64,000 nt of DNA from positions 96,001-160,000 of the forward strand of contig CAWGBN010000008.1 in the NCBI GenBank assembly GCA_963820825.1, read 5' to 3'. Source of the stretch: Vulcanimicrobiota bacterium. Its GTDB lineage: Bacteria; Vulcanimicrobiota; Vulcanimicrobiia; Vulcanimicrobiales; Vulcanimicrobiaceae. Each line of letters opens with the position of its first letter. Within the stretch, counting starts at the first letter, position 1. The translations under genes were made by a program, and so were the position numbers. The notes under the pieces were generated by a model. That model saw nothing but the letters and a program-made list of their open reading frames with translations, did no database searches and was not told where the DNA came from. This document shows, piece by piece, positions 1 through 10,239 of the stretch.

Positions 1-323
1 AGGCCGACGATCTTTCCGGTGCGGTTGCGAATCGCGCTGATGCGGTGCAGCGTCTGTTCGATGCCCGCGCGATTATCTGCACCGAACGGTGAGATCCGCG
101 AACAGACGTGCGCGATGTCCTCGTGGCTTACCGGCGTGTCGGCGAGATACTTGAAGTCGTGTTCGAAGCGAGCCTCGGGCGGACGTCCGAGATCGAGCAC
201 GACCTCGATGATGTCTTCAATGTTATTGAGACGGACGAGCGCTTGCCGAATCGCGAGTGGAAAGATATCGAGGAGTTGGGAAAGCTCCCAGCTTGGGGAG
301 TCGGAGTGAACCCTAACGGCCAC
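1..323 (-). CDS. Ycf45/SpoIIIAA-like AAA ATPase, N-terminal part (runs off the window)
   Basis: Not in the ORF track. Manual translation from GTG at 323: MAVRVHSDSPSWELSQLLDIFP...EVVLDLGRPPEARF...DNRAGIEQTLHRISAIRNRTGKIVG. LDLGR.PEARF and DNRAGIE.TLHRIS are Ycf45-family motifs. Confidence 0.85.
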   Translation of the reverse strand, partial: MAVRVHSDSPSWELSQLLDIFPLAIRQALVRLNNIEDIIEVVLDLGRPPEARFEHDFKYLADTPVSHEDIAHVCSRISPFGADNRAGIEQTLHRISAIRNRTGKIVG

Positions 324-350
324 GTGAGCGACTTCTCTCTGAGTGGCGGG

Positions 351-1835
351 TCACTCCTTCACGACGCGTATCGTGCGTAGCGCGCCGTCGTACGGGCCCT
401 GAATTCGAACGCCCGCCTTCAACTCGAGACGTACGTAATCGACGATTTCCGGCGTAATCTCTTCGCCCGGCGCGATGACCGGAATGCCGGGCGGATAGGG
501 CGTCAGCGTCTCGGCGCAGATACGCCCGGCCGACTCGCGGAACTTCACGAACTCCGCCGGGGCGAGAAACGCTTCGCGCGGACGCATCCGCATCGGTGGG
601 ATCGGCGGAAGCCGAAAGTTGCCGCGCCGCAACCGCTGCTCCAAGACTCCCGATGGCGCAAACATGTCGAGTTTACGATCGTCGCGGGCCATATCGCGGA
701 ATGCTTGAATGAGGCGTTCGGCCGCGTCGCGCGTCGTACCGATCGTCACGAGCGCAACGATGTTGAAGAGATCGGCCAGCTCGACTTGAATGTTGTGACG
801 CCGGCGCAGGACCTCGGAGGCCTCGTAGCCTGTATAGCCGAGACCGGTGACGGTGACGGTGACCTTCGTCGGATCGAGGTCGAAGACGCCCTTGCGTCCA
901 CGCAGCTCGTCCCCGAAGCAGTAGAGCCCCGGAATCTCGTTGATCCGTGCCCGAATCTCGCGCGCCAGTTGGATGGTGCGCGTCAGCAGAGCCTCGCCTT
1001 CGGTGGCCATCTGTTTCCGGGCGACGTCGAGCGACGCGACCATCGGCAGATTCGGCGAGGTGGAGAGGAACATCTTGAGCACCGACGTGAGGCGGTCGAG
1101 CGAGACGCGCTTGCCTCTCTGATGCAGCATCGCGCACTGCGAGAAGGCCGAGAGCATCTTATGCGTGGAGTTGATGCAGAGATCGGCTCCGGCCGCCGTC
1201 GCCGAGAGCGGAAGCTCGCGGTGAAAGTGGAAGTGCGGCCCCCACGCCTCGTCGACGAGCAGAGGCTTCCCGGCGTTGTGAGCGATCCGCTCGATCGCGG
1301 CGAGATCGGCGGCGACGCCATAGTACGTCGGTGAGACGAGGTAGATCGCGGCGAGATCGGGATGCTGCTCCAGGGTTTGCGCTACGGTCTCCGGCGTGAC
1401 GCAGTGGTCCATGCGCAGCTCTTCGTCGATCTCGGGCTGCATATAGATCGGCACGGCGCCGCTCATGATCAGGCCGCCGAGCATCGACTTGTGCGAGTTG
1501 CGCGGCACCGCGATCTTCTCGCCCGGATTTACCGCGGTCATCATCATGCATTGGTTGCCGCTCGTCGAACCGTTGATCAGAAAGAACGAGTGATCGGCAC
1601 CCCACGCCGCCGCGGCAAGCCTCTGCGCCTCCTTAATCGACTCGGTCGGCTGCAGCAGGTCGTCGATTCCGGGCATCGGCGTGAGGTCGATCGCGCAAAT
1701 GTTGTCGCCGACATACTCGCGGAACGCGAGATCCATTCCATTGCCTTGAACGTGGCCGGGCGTATGAAACGGCAAGACGCCCGAGTCGACGTAATCGAGC
1801 AACGCTTGAAAATACGGCGTTCGATTCTGGTCCAC
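351..1835 (-). CDS. PLP-dependent Orn/Lys/Arg decarboxylase (Bacillus SpeA-like)
   Basis: FHTPGH, NGSTSGN, RNSHKS, DEAWG, STHK (PLP lysine), PYPPGIP. Start moved to GTG 1835, just after the MgtC stop. Confidence 0.9.
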   Translation of the reverse strand: MDQNRTPYFQALLDYVDSGVLPFHTPGHVQGNGMDLAFREYVGDNICAIDLTPMPGIDDLLQPTESIKEAQRLAAAAWGADHSFFLINGSTSGNQCMMMTAVNPGEKIAVPRNSHKSMLGGLIMSGAVPIYMQPEIDEELRMDHCVTPETVAQTLEQHPDLAAIYLVSPTYYGVAADLAAIERIAHNAGKPLLVDEAWGPHFHFHRELPLSATAAGADLCINSTHKMLSAFSQCAMLHQRGKRVSLDRLTSVLKMFLSTSPNLPMVASLDVARKQMATEGEALLTRTIQLAREIRARINEIPGLYCFGDELRGRKGVFDLDPTKVTVTVTGLGYTGYEASEVLRRRHNIQVELADLFNIVALVTIGTTRDAAERLIQAFRDMARDDRKLDMFAPSGVLEQRLRRGNFRLPPIPPMRMRPREAFLAPAEFVKFRESAGRICAETLTPYPPGIPVIAPGEEITPEIVDYVRLELKAGVRIQGPYDGALRTIRVVKE

Positions 1836-1843
1836 GGCGTCGG

Positions 1844-2548
1844 CTAGAGCGGCGGCGTCGTGCTCTGCCAGTCGGCGCGAACGACTCCCGGCAGCGCGAG
1901 CAGCCGGGTCGAGAGCGCCTCGATCCGTTCGACCTGCGGTTTCGGCGAAAAGACGTCGGCGTCGAGCTCGATCCGTCCCTCCGCGGCCTTGTTTCGGGTG
2001 AGGGATTGCAGGCTCAGTTCTGAGCCGCTGACCGCCTTTACGATCTCGGCGCTTACGGCCGACTGGCTCTCCGGCGTGCAGATGACCGTGACCTTGTAGG
2101 TCGTCTCGGCATACTGCCCGGCTCCGGCGCGGCGATCGATCGCATCGGCGACCGGCTGCAGGAACAAGTTGAAGAGGATGACCGCGAGCGCTCCCGCTCC
2201 CGCCTCCTCCCAGAGGCCGAAGCCGGCCAGCGCGCCGACCGCCGCCGTCGACCAAATCGTCGCCGCGGTATTTAGCCCGCTCACGTTAAGGCCCGACCGG
2301 AAGATGACGCCGCCGGCAATAAAGCCGACGCCGGTGACGACGCCGGCGACGATGCGCGTCGTGTCGTTCGCCGCGAGCATGGTGTCGAGCAGCGCGAAGA
2401 GCGCCGCGCCGATCGCAACCAGGCTCGTCGTATGCAGGCCGGCCGATCGCTGACGCCACTGTCGCTCGAAACCGATTGCGGCGCCGAAGCCGGCCGCGGT
2501 CGCGAGCCGGATTAGAAAGTCGAGCGAGGTGATCTCACTTGCCTTCAT
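1844..2548 (-). CDS. MgtC/SapB family membrane protein
   Basis: IGFERQWRQRSAGLHT, RIVAGVVTGVGFIAGG, GLNTAATIW. Confidence 0.9.
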   Translation of the reverse strand: MKASEITSLDFLIRLATAAGFGAAIGFERQWRQRSAGLHTTSLVAIGAALFALLDTMLAANDTTRIVAGVVTGVGFIAGGVIFRSGLNVSGLNTAATIWSTAAVGALAGFGLWEEAGAGALAVILFNLFLQPVADAIDRRAGAGQYAETTYKVTVICTPESQSAVSAEIVKAVSGSELSLQSLTRNKAAEGRIELDADVFSPKPQVERIEALSTRLLALPGVVRADWQSTTPPL

Positions 2549-2879
2549 CGCGCGCAGGCTCCTCAACCTCGTGCATGAGCGTGTACTCTATTACGACGCG
2601 CAGGAAGACGATCGCGGCGAGTTGGCCGAGCTCGCGCCAATCGGGCGAAACGGCCGTGCGAATGATATCGCTGCCGATAAGCAACTCAAGCGCTAAAGCC
2701 AGCCATTGACTCACCCGCCCGCGAATGGCGTTGATGCGCGGACCGGGATCGGCCAAAAGCAGCGCGAAGCCGGCGCGAATAACTGCCGGAAGTACCGCCC
2801 CCACGATGAGCAGTGCCGTCAGCGCGTCGAGAAAGGTCGCAGCTCGGAGGGCCCAGTCGTGCACGAGTTGCTCGAACAT
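2535..2879 (-). CDS. DUF1622 family membrane protein
   Basis: LALALELLIGSDIIRTAVSPDW.ELGQLAAIV.LR signature. Confidence 0.8.
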   Translation of the reverse strand: MFEQLVHDWALRAATFLDALTALLIVGAVLPAVIRAGFALLLADPGPRINAIRGRVSQWLALALELLIGSDIIRTAVSPDWRELGQLAAIVFLRVVIEYTLMHEVEEPARDEGK

Positions 2880-2985
2880 GCGGCATCGCTTTCGACGCGC
2901 GTTTTTGGGATACCGTCAAGGGGCAGGCCGTGCTAGGATGTCGTAGATTACCGGCTTCCCTAACAAACGTGGAGGTAAATTTCCC

Positions 2986-5340
2986 ATGTCCGCCGCCGAC
3001 AAGCTTGGTCTTCGTACGATTCTGCCGATCCCCGACGCGCAGCACGTCGGGCTCACGACGTACGATGCAAAGGATCCCGAGACGAGTTTCCGGCCCATCG
3101 AGCCGCTGCGCCCCCCGAAGAAGGCGCCGAACGTCTTGATCGTCCTGCTCGACGACGTCGGCTTCGGCGCGTCGAGCGCGTTCGGCGGCCCGGTTCACAC
3201 GCCGACGGCGGAACGTCTTGCGTCAAACGGCTTGAAGTACAATCGCTTTCACACGACGGCGCTCTGTTCGCCCTCGCGTCAGGCGCTGCTCACCGGAAGA
3301 AATCACCATTCCGTCGGGATGGGCAGCATTACCGAGCTCGCCACCTCGGCGCCGGGATATAGCTCGATTCGTCCGAAGGCAGCCGCCCCGATGGCCGAGA
3401 CGTTGCGGCTCAACGGCTATTCCACCGCGCAGTTCGGAAAGTGCCACGAAGTCCCGGTCTGGGAGACGAGTCCGATGGGGCCGTTCTCGCAGTGGCCGAC
3501 GGGCAGCGGCTTCGAGCACTTCTATGGATTCATCGGCGGCGAAACCAATCAGTGGGCGCCAGCGATCTACCGCGACACCGTGCCGGTCGAACCGCCCGAC
3601 GACCCCGAGTATCACTTTACCGTCGACATGACCGATCGCGCGATCGAGTGGGTCCGGCAGCAAAAGGCACTCATGCCCGACAAGCCGTTCTTCGTCTACT
3701 TCGCGCCCGGCGCAACGCACGCGCCGCATCACGTTCCGAAGGAATGGGCCGAGAAGTACCGCGGCAAGTTCGATGAGGGTTGGGACGCCCTGCGTAAAGC
3801 CTCTTTCGCACGGCAGAAAAAGCTCGGCGTCATTCCGCCCGACGCGACGCTCACCGATCGTCCGGCCGAGATTCCCGCATGGGATGACGTCACGGCCGAT
3901 ATGAAACCGGTGCTCGCGCGCGAGATGGAAGTCTACGCCGGTTTCCTCGAACATGCCGACCATCACGTCGGCCGTCTGGTCGACGCCATCGACGACCTCG
4001 GCGTGCTCGACGATACGCTGCTCTTCTACATCATCGGCGACAACGGCGCCTCGGCGGAAGGCACGCCTAACGGCTGTTTCAACGAGGCGCTGATGCTCAA
4101 CGGCGTGAGCGGCGTCGAAACGCCCGAGTTTCTCAAGGAGCACATCGACGAATTCGGCGGTCCAAAGGCATACAACCACTACGCGGTGGGCTGGGCGCAT
4201 GCGATGGATACGCCGTATCAATGGACGAAACAAGTCGCTTCACATTGGGGAGGCACCCGCAACGGCACGATCGTTCAGTGGCCGCACGGTATCAAGGCGC
4301 GCGGCGAGATCCGATCTCAGTTTCATCACGTCATCGACGTCGCTCCGACCATCCTCGAGGCCGCGCACCTGCCGCATCCGGCAATCGTCAACGGCATCGC
4401 GCAGAGGCCGTTCGAAGGCTTCTCGATGGGGTATTCCTTCGACGACGCAGCGGCGCCGGAGGCTCACGATACGCAGTACTTCGAGATGTTCGTCAACCGC
4501 GGCATCTATCATAAGGGTTGGACGGCGGTAACGAGACACAGCACGCCTTGGGTCGTCGCTCCCTTGCCGCCGTACGATGAAGACGTTTGGGAGCTCTACG
4601 CGCCCGACGACTGGAGCCAATCGCGCAATCTCGCGAAAGAGAACCCGGAGAAGCTGCGCGATCTTCAACGTCAGTTCCTCATCGAGGCCGCTAAGTACAA
4701 CGTGCTGCCGCTTGACGACCGGCGCGTCGAGCGCTTCGACCCGGACATGGCCGGGCGTCCGCAACTAATCAAAGGAAAGAGTCAGCTGCTCTTCGGCGGC
4801 ATGGGGCGCCTCAGCGAAAACTCCGTCCTCCCGTTGAAGAACAAATCGCACTCGGTGACCGCCCAGGTGCTCGTGCGCGATGGCGCCGCGCAGGGCGTGA
4901 TAGTCGCGCAGGGCGGCGCTTTCGGCGGCTGGGCTCTCTACGCGAAAGATGGAAAGCCCGCGTACTGCTACAACTTCGCGGGAATCCAATCGTTCACGAT
5001 TTACGGCGACCGCGAGATTCCAAAGGGTGAGAGCCAGATCCGTGCCGAGTTTGCCTACGACGGCGGAGGCTTGGGTAAGGGCGCGACCGTAAGCCTGTAC
5101 GTCGACGGTAAGAAGTGCGGCGAGGGGCGCGTCGAGATGACGGTGCCGCTGATATTCTCCGCCGACGAGACTTGCGACGTCGGAATGGAGAGCGGCACGC
5201 CGGTCAGCACCGACTATCCGGCGAGAGGAAACGAGTTCACCGGAACGGTGCAATGGATACAACTCGACATCGGGAAGGTGGACGACGACCACTTCGTCTC
5301 CCCCGAAGAGCGGTATCGGCTCGCGATGGCCCGTCAATAG
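2986..5340 (+). CDS. Cys-type arylsulfatase
   Basis: PNVLIVLLDDVG, CSPSR (CxPxR) followed by LLTGR, FGKCH, GDNG; SD GGAGG upstream. Confidence 0.93.
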   Translation: MSAADKLGLRTILPIPDAQHVGLTTYDAKDPETSFRPIEPLRPPKKAPNVLIVLLDDVGFGASSAFGGPVHTPTAERLASNGLKYNRFHTTALCSPSRQALLTGRNHHSVGMGSITELATSAPGYSSIRPKAAAPMAETLRLNGYSTAQFGKCHEVPVWETSPMGPFSQWPTGSGFEHFYGFIGGETNQWAPAIYRDTVPVEPPDDPEYHFTVDMTDRAIEWVRQQKALMPDKPFFVYFAPGATHAPHHVPKEWAEKYRGKFDEGWDALRKASFARQKKLGVIPPDATLTDRPAEIPAWDDVTADMKPVLAREMEVYAGFLEHADHHVGRLVDAIDDLGVLDDTLLFYIIGDNGASAEGTPNGCFNEALMLNGVSGVETPEFLKEHIDEFGGPKAYNHYAVGWAHAMDTPYQWTKQVASHWGGTRNGTIVQWPHGIKARGEIRSQFHHVIDVAPTILEAAHLPHPAIVNGIAQRPFEGFSMGYSFDDAAAPEAHDTQYFEMFVNRGIYHKGWTAVTRHSTPWVVAPLPPYDEDVWELYAPDDWSQSRNLAKENPEKLRDLQRQFLIEAAKYNVLPLDDRRVERFDPDMAGRPQLIKGKSQLLFGGMGRLSENSVLPLKNKSHSVTAQVLVRDGAAQGVIVAQGGAFGGWALYAKDGKPAYCYNFAGIQSFTIYGDREIPKGESQIRAEFAYDGGGLGKGATVSLYVDGKKCGEGRVEMTVPLIFSADETCDVGMESGTPVSTDYPARGNEFTGTVQWIQLDIGKVDDDHFVSPEERYRLAMARQ

Positions 5341-6155
5341 TGAGTTGGCTCGCCGGCATTCCGGTTCTGATCGCGCTTCCGCTCTTCGGACTGATACCGG
5401 CGGCCGTCGCGGTCGGAGTGCACACGCTGGTGCGCCGCGCGGTACCTCCGGAGAGCCTTGTCGAGCAGCACGACGTTGCCGGATACCTCATCGCGGTCGT
5501 CGGCGTACTCTACTCCGTCGTCCTCGGGTTTCTCGTCGGAACGGTCTGGACGCAGTTTGCGTCGGCACAACAGACCGCCGACGCCGAAGCCGGCTCGGTC
5601 GCCAACGCCTTCAACTTCGCGAGTAGCGTCCGTCAGCCGCAGAGCGCGATACTTCAGCGGCTCATCGCTCGCTATGCGCTCGAAGTGCGCGACGTCGAAT
5701 GGTTCTCGTCGCAGCATGGCCGCGAAGATGCCGTCGCCGAGTCGCTGCTCGAAAGCGCGGTTCACGTTACCATCGGCATGCCGCCGCCGTCCGCGCGAAG
5801 CGATCCCGGCGCCGTCCTCGAAAGCTCGACGATGCGAGATTGGCTGCTGACGAGTCTTCGCGATATCGGCGACGCTCGCCGGCTACGTCTCCTGCAATCG
5901 CAAAGCTGGCTCCCGCCGGGCTTAATCGAAGCACTGATCCTCGGCGGCGTTATCGTGGTCTGCTTCACGTTCTTCTTCGGGGTGAAGAACTACCCACGGC
6001 AGATGGCGATGACGGCACTGCTAACCGGCTCGATGGGTCTCTTCTTCGGGCTCGTTATCGAGTTGAGCACGCCGTACTCGGGCGCGATCCACATTTCGCG
6101 AGACGCCTGGACTTACATCATCGAGAACAACGAGCTCACGAAGTACGCCCGGTAA
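5340..6155 (+). CDS. DUF4239-like membrane protein
   Basis: GTG overlaps the sulfatase TAG; GVLYSVVLGF...W..F..A, R..RL, L.TPYSG; several hydrophobic segments. Confidence 0.75.
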   Translation: MSWLAGIPVLIALPLFGLIPAAVAVGVHTLVRRAVPPESLVEQHDVAGYLIAVVGVLYSVVLGFLVGTVWTQFASAQQTADAEAGSVANAFNFASSVRQPQSAILQRLIARYALEVRDVEWFSSQHGREDAVAESLLESAVHVTIGMPPPSARSDPGAVLESSTMRDWLLTSLRDIGDARRLRLLQSQSWLPPGLIEALILGGVIVVCFTFFFGVKNYPRQMAMTALLTGSMGLFFGLVIELSTPYSGAIHISRDAWTYIIENNELTKYAR

Positions 6156-6160
6156 GGGCC

Positions 6161-6769
6161 TCATACCGTTGCGCTGGGATGAACGCCGGGCCGGTATCCC
6201 GCCGCGAGCAGTGCAACGATACTCGGCGGCGTGAGGACCTCAACGGTTTCGCGGGCGCGCGCTAAACGACGCTCGCGGTAGCCGGAGTCCGACCATGCGT
6301 GAAGATGCCCGTCCCAAACAAGCCACGGCGCGCCGTCGAGTGCGACGAATGCGCCGTCGGGAATCGCCGCGAGCTCGGCGCGATAGGCTCGCTTCCGCTT
6401 GCCTGCGAGACGCTCTGCATGGAGGCGCGCGTCCATTTCGTCGGCGGCGGCCAGGCCGGTGTGGCAAAGGCGCCACAACGCTTGGAAGCGCCGGTAATCG
6501 TCGCGACGGCACTCCGCGCAGGGACGATGGCCGGCGCTCAGCGCGACGCTCTCGTCGAGAAAGAAGAGCTCCGTGTACCGGCGCGGCGTCATCACCGCGC
6601 GCGTGCGCCCTCGAAACTCGAGCACGCAGGCAATCCAACGGCGCACTTGCCAGGCGCGCACGATCCGCCGCGATTCGTCGTGCAAGACGCCACGGTTTCC
6701 CATCATCAGCCCGCGCCCGGAGAGCGCAACGATCTCACCGAACGGCGTGACGCGGTTTTGCAGGGGCAT
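6161..6769 (-). CDS. Conserved hypothetical protein with Ada-like Zn motif
   Basis: QNRVTPFG, GNRG.LH, YTELFFLDE, AGHRPCAECRR. Confidence 0.75.
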   Translation of the reverse strand: MPLQNRVTPFGEIVALSGRGLMMGNRGVLHDESRRIVRAWQVRRWIACVLEFRGRTRAVMTPRRYTELFFLDESVALSAGHRPCAECRRDDYRRFQALWRLCHTGLAAADEMDARLHAERLAGKRKRAYRAELAAIPDGAFVALDGAPWLVWDGHLHAWSDSGYRERRLARARETVEVLTPPSIVALLAAGYRPGVHPSATV

Positions 6770-6771
6770 CG

Positions 6772-9195
6772 CTAGACGGCGAAGGCCTCCGCCGTCGCCT
6801 GCTCGTCCGAGAAGCGCGCGCCTTCGGCGGCGAGCGCATCGGCCTCATCGGCACCGAGCGTCGCTACGAGCCTCTCCGCCAACATTTCGTCCGTGCGGCG
6901 TTCGGTCATGTCGCGTTCGCATCCCTCGCGGCGATACCAGTGATCGACGTATCCTCGCAGGCGCGCGGCGCGCCGAACGTCGCCGCGCAGCGCGGCGACC
7001 GCGGCGAGGTGCTGAATCGCGACCGTGGCGTAGAGCGACTGCGCATCCTGTGCCAGCGCGAGCGCTTCGGTGGCGGTAAGGCGCGCACCGTCGATATCCC
7101 CGAGCACCAGCCGGCAGGCTGCCGAGTTTGCGAGCGCCGGAATCTCCCGGTGCTGCGAATGCGAGCGCCGCGCCGCCGTGAGAGCCGCTTCGGCGCACTC
7201 GAGCGCCAGTTCGAAGTTACCGGCGCCAAGCTCGAGCTCGCCGATGTTTTGGCGTATCGCGGCCGCGTCGAAGTCGTCACCGATTGCCGTCATTACCGCG
7301 AGCGCCTGCGCGTACTGCCGCCGCGCTTCATCGAAGCGGCCAAAATGAGCGGCAATCCGCGCGCCGACGTCGAGAGCCCAGGCGTAGCGGCGCGTTCGAA
7401 CGAGTCCGTTTTCACGGCAGAGTTCGAGCGCGCGATTGTCGACCCGCTCGGCCTCTTCCACGCGCCCGGCATCGAGAAGCCCGCCGGTGATTTGATAGAG
7501 ACTCGCGACCTGCGCGAAAACGTCGCCGCGTGCCTCGTCGAGCTCCAGCGCACGCTGCGCCGCCTCGACCTTCTGCGATCCAAAACTCAGCCAGGATCGC
7601 GCGCGCCAAAGGTGTGCCGCGACCGCCGGATCGGCATCCGCATCGAGATGCGGCAGCACCGCTTCGAGCCAGCGTCGCGGTTCGGCCTGGCCGCGATTCA
7701 TGCTCCATATCAACGCGAAACCGGCCACGATGCGCGCCGCTGCCGCGTAGTCGTCTACCGACAACGCCCATTCGATCGCCGATCGCGCGTTTTCGAGCTC
7801 CGGTTCGAACTCGCGAACCCACGGTTCGCTCGCCATCGTTCGCGCCGTCTCCCAGACGCGATCGGCGACGTTGGCCAGCCAGAGTGCGTGGCGGCGCGCG
7901 AGCTCCGCGCGTTCACCGCTCTCCACGAGTTTTTCGAGCGCGAAGGCGTGCGTCGACTCGAGCAGCCGGTAGCGCGAGCGGCTGCCGTCAACGTCGGGGA
8001 TCACGAGCGATTTCTCGGCGAGCGACGAGACGAGATCGAAGACGTCGTCCGGATCCAAAGCATCGTCCGAGGCAACCGCCTCGGCGCCTTCGAGCGTGCA
8101 GCCGTCGACGAAGACCGCGAGACGTTCGAAGAGCCGCTGCTCGCGTGGAGAGAGCAAGTTGAAGCTCCAATCGATCGTCGCGCGCATGGTTTGCTGGCGT
8201 GGCAGCGCGGTTCGCTCGCCCCCGGTCAGAATGCGAAACCGCTCGTCGAGCCGCTCGGTAAGAGCCCGAACCGAGAGCAGGTTGATCCGCGCTGCGGCGA
8301 GTTCGATCGCCAAGGGGATGCCGTCGAGACGGCGGCAGAGGTCGCGCACGGCCGGTGCGTTCTCATCGGTGACGGTAAAGCGATGATCGACCGCGCGCGC
8401 GCGATCGGTAAATAGCGTGACTGCGGCGCTCTCGTCGAGCGAGGGCAGTCGATAGGTCCGTTCGCCGGCAGTACGCAATGGCTCGCGGCTCGTTGCGAGG
8501 ATCCGCAGTTGCGGGCACGCGCCGAGCAGCGTATCGGCGACCGTCGCCGCCTCAACGATCACGTGCTCGCAATTGTCGAGGATCAAGAGCGACGGATTGC
8601 TCTTGAGCGACGCGGCGAGGGCGTCGAGCAACGACCGCTCGTGCGTCTCTTTCACGCCGACGGCGGCCGCGACCGCCGCGCTCACCAAGCCTTCGCGAAT
8701 CGCGGCCAGACCGACGAAGCGTACCGCAGTCTCGTCGCCTTCGGCCAGGGCGGCGCCGACCCGTAGTGCGGTTTGCGTCTTGCCGACGCCTCCCGATCCC
8801 GTGAGCGTAACGAGCCGGTACTCGTGCATGAGCGCGGCGAGCTCTTTGAGGTCCGCCTCGCGACCGACGAAGCTCGTCAGCGCGAGCGGCAAGCCCAAAG
8901 CGTGCCGGGCTCCTACCGAAACCGCCGGCTTCTCGGCCGTGCGCGATGCCGCACTCGTGGCCGCGAGTTCGAACGCGCTGCGCTCGTCGTCGCGCAGCGC
9001 GAGCGCGGCCACCAGAAGTTCGAGCGTCTCGCGTTGCGGCGTGCGGCGATAGCCGCGCTCGAGCGCGCTGACGCCGTTCGTGCTCATGCGAGCCCGCTCG
9101 GCGAGCGCGTCTTGAGAGAGTCCGGCCGCGAGGCGGTGACGCCGCAGAAGCGTCCCAAAATCCGGCGGACTTATCGCCCGTTCTCCGCCCTCCAT
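6772..9195 (-). CDS. XRE-HTH + STAND/NB-ARC ATPase + TPR-like regulator (paralog 1)
   Basis: LSQDALAERARMS..GVSALERG, Walker A GSGGVGKT, Walker B LLILDNCEH, GIPLAIELAA, helical C-terminal repeats. Confidence 0.88.
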   Translation of the reverse strand: MEGGERAISPPDFGTLLRRHRLAAGLSQDALAERARMSTNGVSALERGYRRTPQRETLELLVAALALRDDERSAFELAATSAASRTAEKPAVSVGARHALGLPLALTSFVGREADLKELAALMHEYRLVTLTGSGGVGKTQTALRVGAALAEGDETAVRFVGLAAIREGLVSAAVAAAVGVKETHERSLLDALAASLKSNPSLLILDNCEHVIVEAATVADTLLGACPQLRILATSREPLRTAGERTYRLPSLDESAAVTLFTDRARAVDHRFTVTDENAPAVRDLCRRLDGIPLAIELAAARINLLSVRALTERLDERFRILTGGERTALPRQQTMRATIDWSFNLLSPREQRLFERLAVFVDGCTLEGAEAVASDDALDPDDVFDLVSSLAEKSLVIPDVDGSRSRYRLLESTHAFALEKLVESGERAELARRHALWLANVADRVWETARTMASEPWVREFEPELENARSAIEWALSVDDYAAAARIVAGFALIWSMNRGQAEPRRWLEAVLPHLDADADPAVAAHLWRARSWLSFGSQKVEAAQRALELDEARGDVFAQVASLYQITGGLLDAGRVEEAERVDNRALELCRENGLVRTRRYAWALDVGARIAAHFGRFDEARRQYAQALAVMTAIGDDFDAAAIRQNIGELELGAGNFELALECAEAALTAARRSHSQHREIPALANSAACRLVLGDIDGARLTATEALALAQDAQSLYATVAIQHLAAVAALRGDVRRAARLRGYVDHWYRREGCERDMTERRTDEMLAERLVATLGADEADALAAEGARFSDEQATAEAFAV

Positions 9196-9259
9196 CGCCG
9201 TGGGGAGGTTCGCGCCGCGCACCCTCGTGCCCCTCGCCTAAGCCGCGGGCAAGCGGGCG

Positions 9260-9790
9260 TTACGCCTCGATGCGCTCGTCGATCGAGACGTTGTAGAGGA
9301 AGAGGAACTTCCCCCACTCGTCGGGCAGCGTGTTGCGCTTGATCTGGATCCACGGAATGTATTTCGGCTGCCGCGGCTTGCGCAGCAGCGTCATATTCGC
9401 TTCCTGTGGAATCCGATTGTTCTTGCGGTTATTGCAGCGCATGCACGCGCAGGCAAGATTCTCCCAGGTCGACTCGCCGCCCCGGCTCTTCGGCGTGATA
9501 TGATCGACCGTCATCATCCGTTCGCCGCGGGCACCGCAGTACTGGCAGGTATGATCGTCGCGGATCAGCACGTTCTTCTTCGTCAACGCGACCTTCTGCA
9601 TCGGACGGCGAATGTAATAGAGCATCCGGATGATCGAAGGCATGCGCATCGCAAAGGTCGGTGAGGCCAACATCCGCTCGCGGCCGTGCAGCACCTCGGC
9701 CTTGCCGGCAAATATCAGCTTGACCGCCCGCTGAAAGCTGGTAACGTTCAGCGCCTCGTACGTCGAGTTGAGTACGAGCACCTCGCTCAT
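9260..9790 (-). CDS. HNH endonuclease (McrA-like)
   Basis: VLVLNSTYE, RDDHTCQYCG, TVDHITPKSRGG, WENLACAC..CN..K. Confidence 0.9.
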   Translation of the reverse strand: MSEVLVLNSTYEALNVTSFQRAVKLIFAGKAEVLHGRERMLASPTFAMRMPSIIRMLYYIRRPMQKVALTKKNVLIRDDHTCQYCGARGERMMTVDHITPKSRGGESTWENLACACMRCNNRKNNRIPQEANMTLLRKPRQPKYIPWIQIKRNTLPDEWGKFLFLYNVSIDERIEA

Positions 9791-9920
9791 ACGGCTCGGC
9801 ACTCCGCGCCTCGCCTGGCGCTCCGCACCACTTTCGGCACCTGCTTCGCAGCGCCGAAATCTACGCTGCGCGCCCCCACGCAAACTTCGCGCGTGGGCCC
9901 CCACTGCCAACTTGCCGAGC

Positions 9921-9952
9921 TATTAAAGCGAGGCATTTAGGTGCCTCGCTTT
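9921..9952 (-). terminator. Probable intrinsic terminator overlapping the stop of ORF 9937-10227
   Basis: Minus strand AAAGCGAGGCAC-CTAA-ATGCCTCGCTTT-AATA. Confidence 0.55.
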
Positions 9953-10227
9953 CGAACGAACGTCAACCGCGTTTCGGTTAGCATTTGTGTTATTGCCAAC
10001 CGCTGATCGGGCTGCAGTCGTTCTTTGACGCGTTCGAACGCCGCGGTCGCGACGTCGATCGCGATTTCGGCGGAGAGATGATCGGCCTTTCGGCCCTCTT
10101 CTTCGGTGAGATATGCATGCGCTGCGAGCGCGAGCGTAGCGATCACCTCGCTCAGCAAAGGCTCGACGGGCGGAATCTGCCCTTGAAAACCTCCCTGTAC
10201 GTCAGGGGAGGCGGCCCCGGTGGACAT
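9937..10227 (-). CDS. Hypothetical protein (96 aa)
   Basis: Fills the gap downstream of pdxT on the same strand; protein-like composition. Confidence 0.65.
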   Translation of the reverse strand: MSTGAASPDVQGGFQGQIPPVEPLLSEVIATLALAAHAYLTEEEGRKADHLSAEIAIDVATAAFERVKERLQPDQRLAITQMLTETRLTFVRKRGT

Positions 10228-10239
10228 CTCGAGGCTGAG

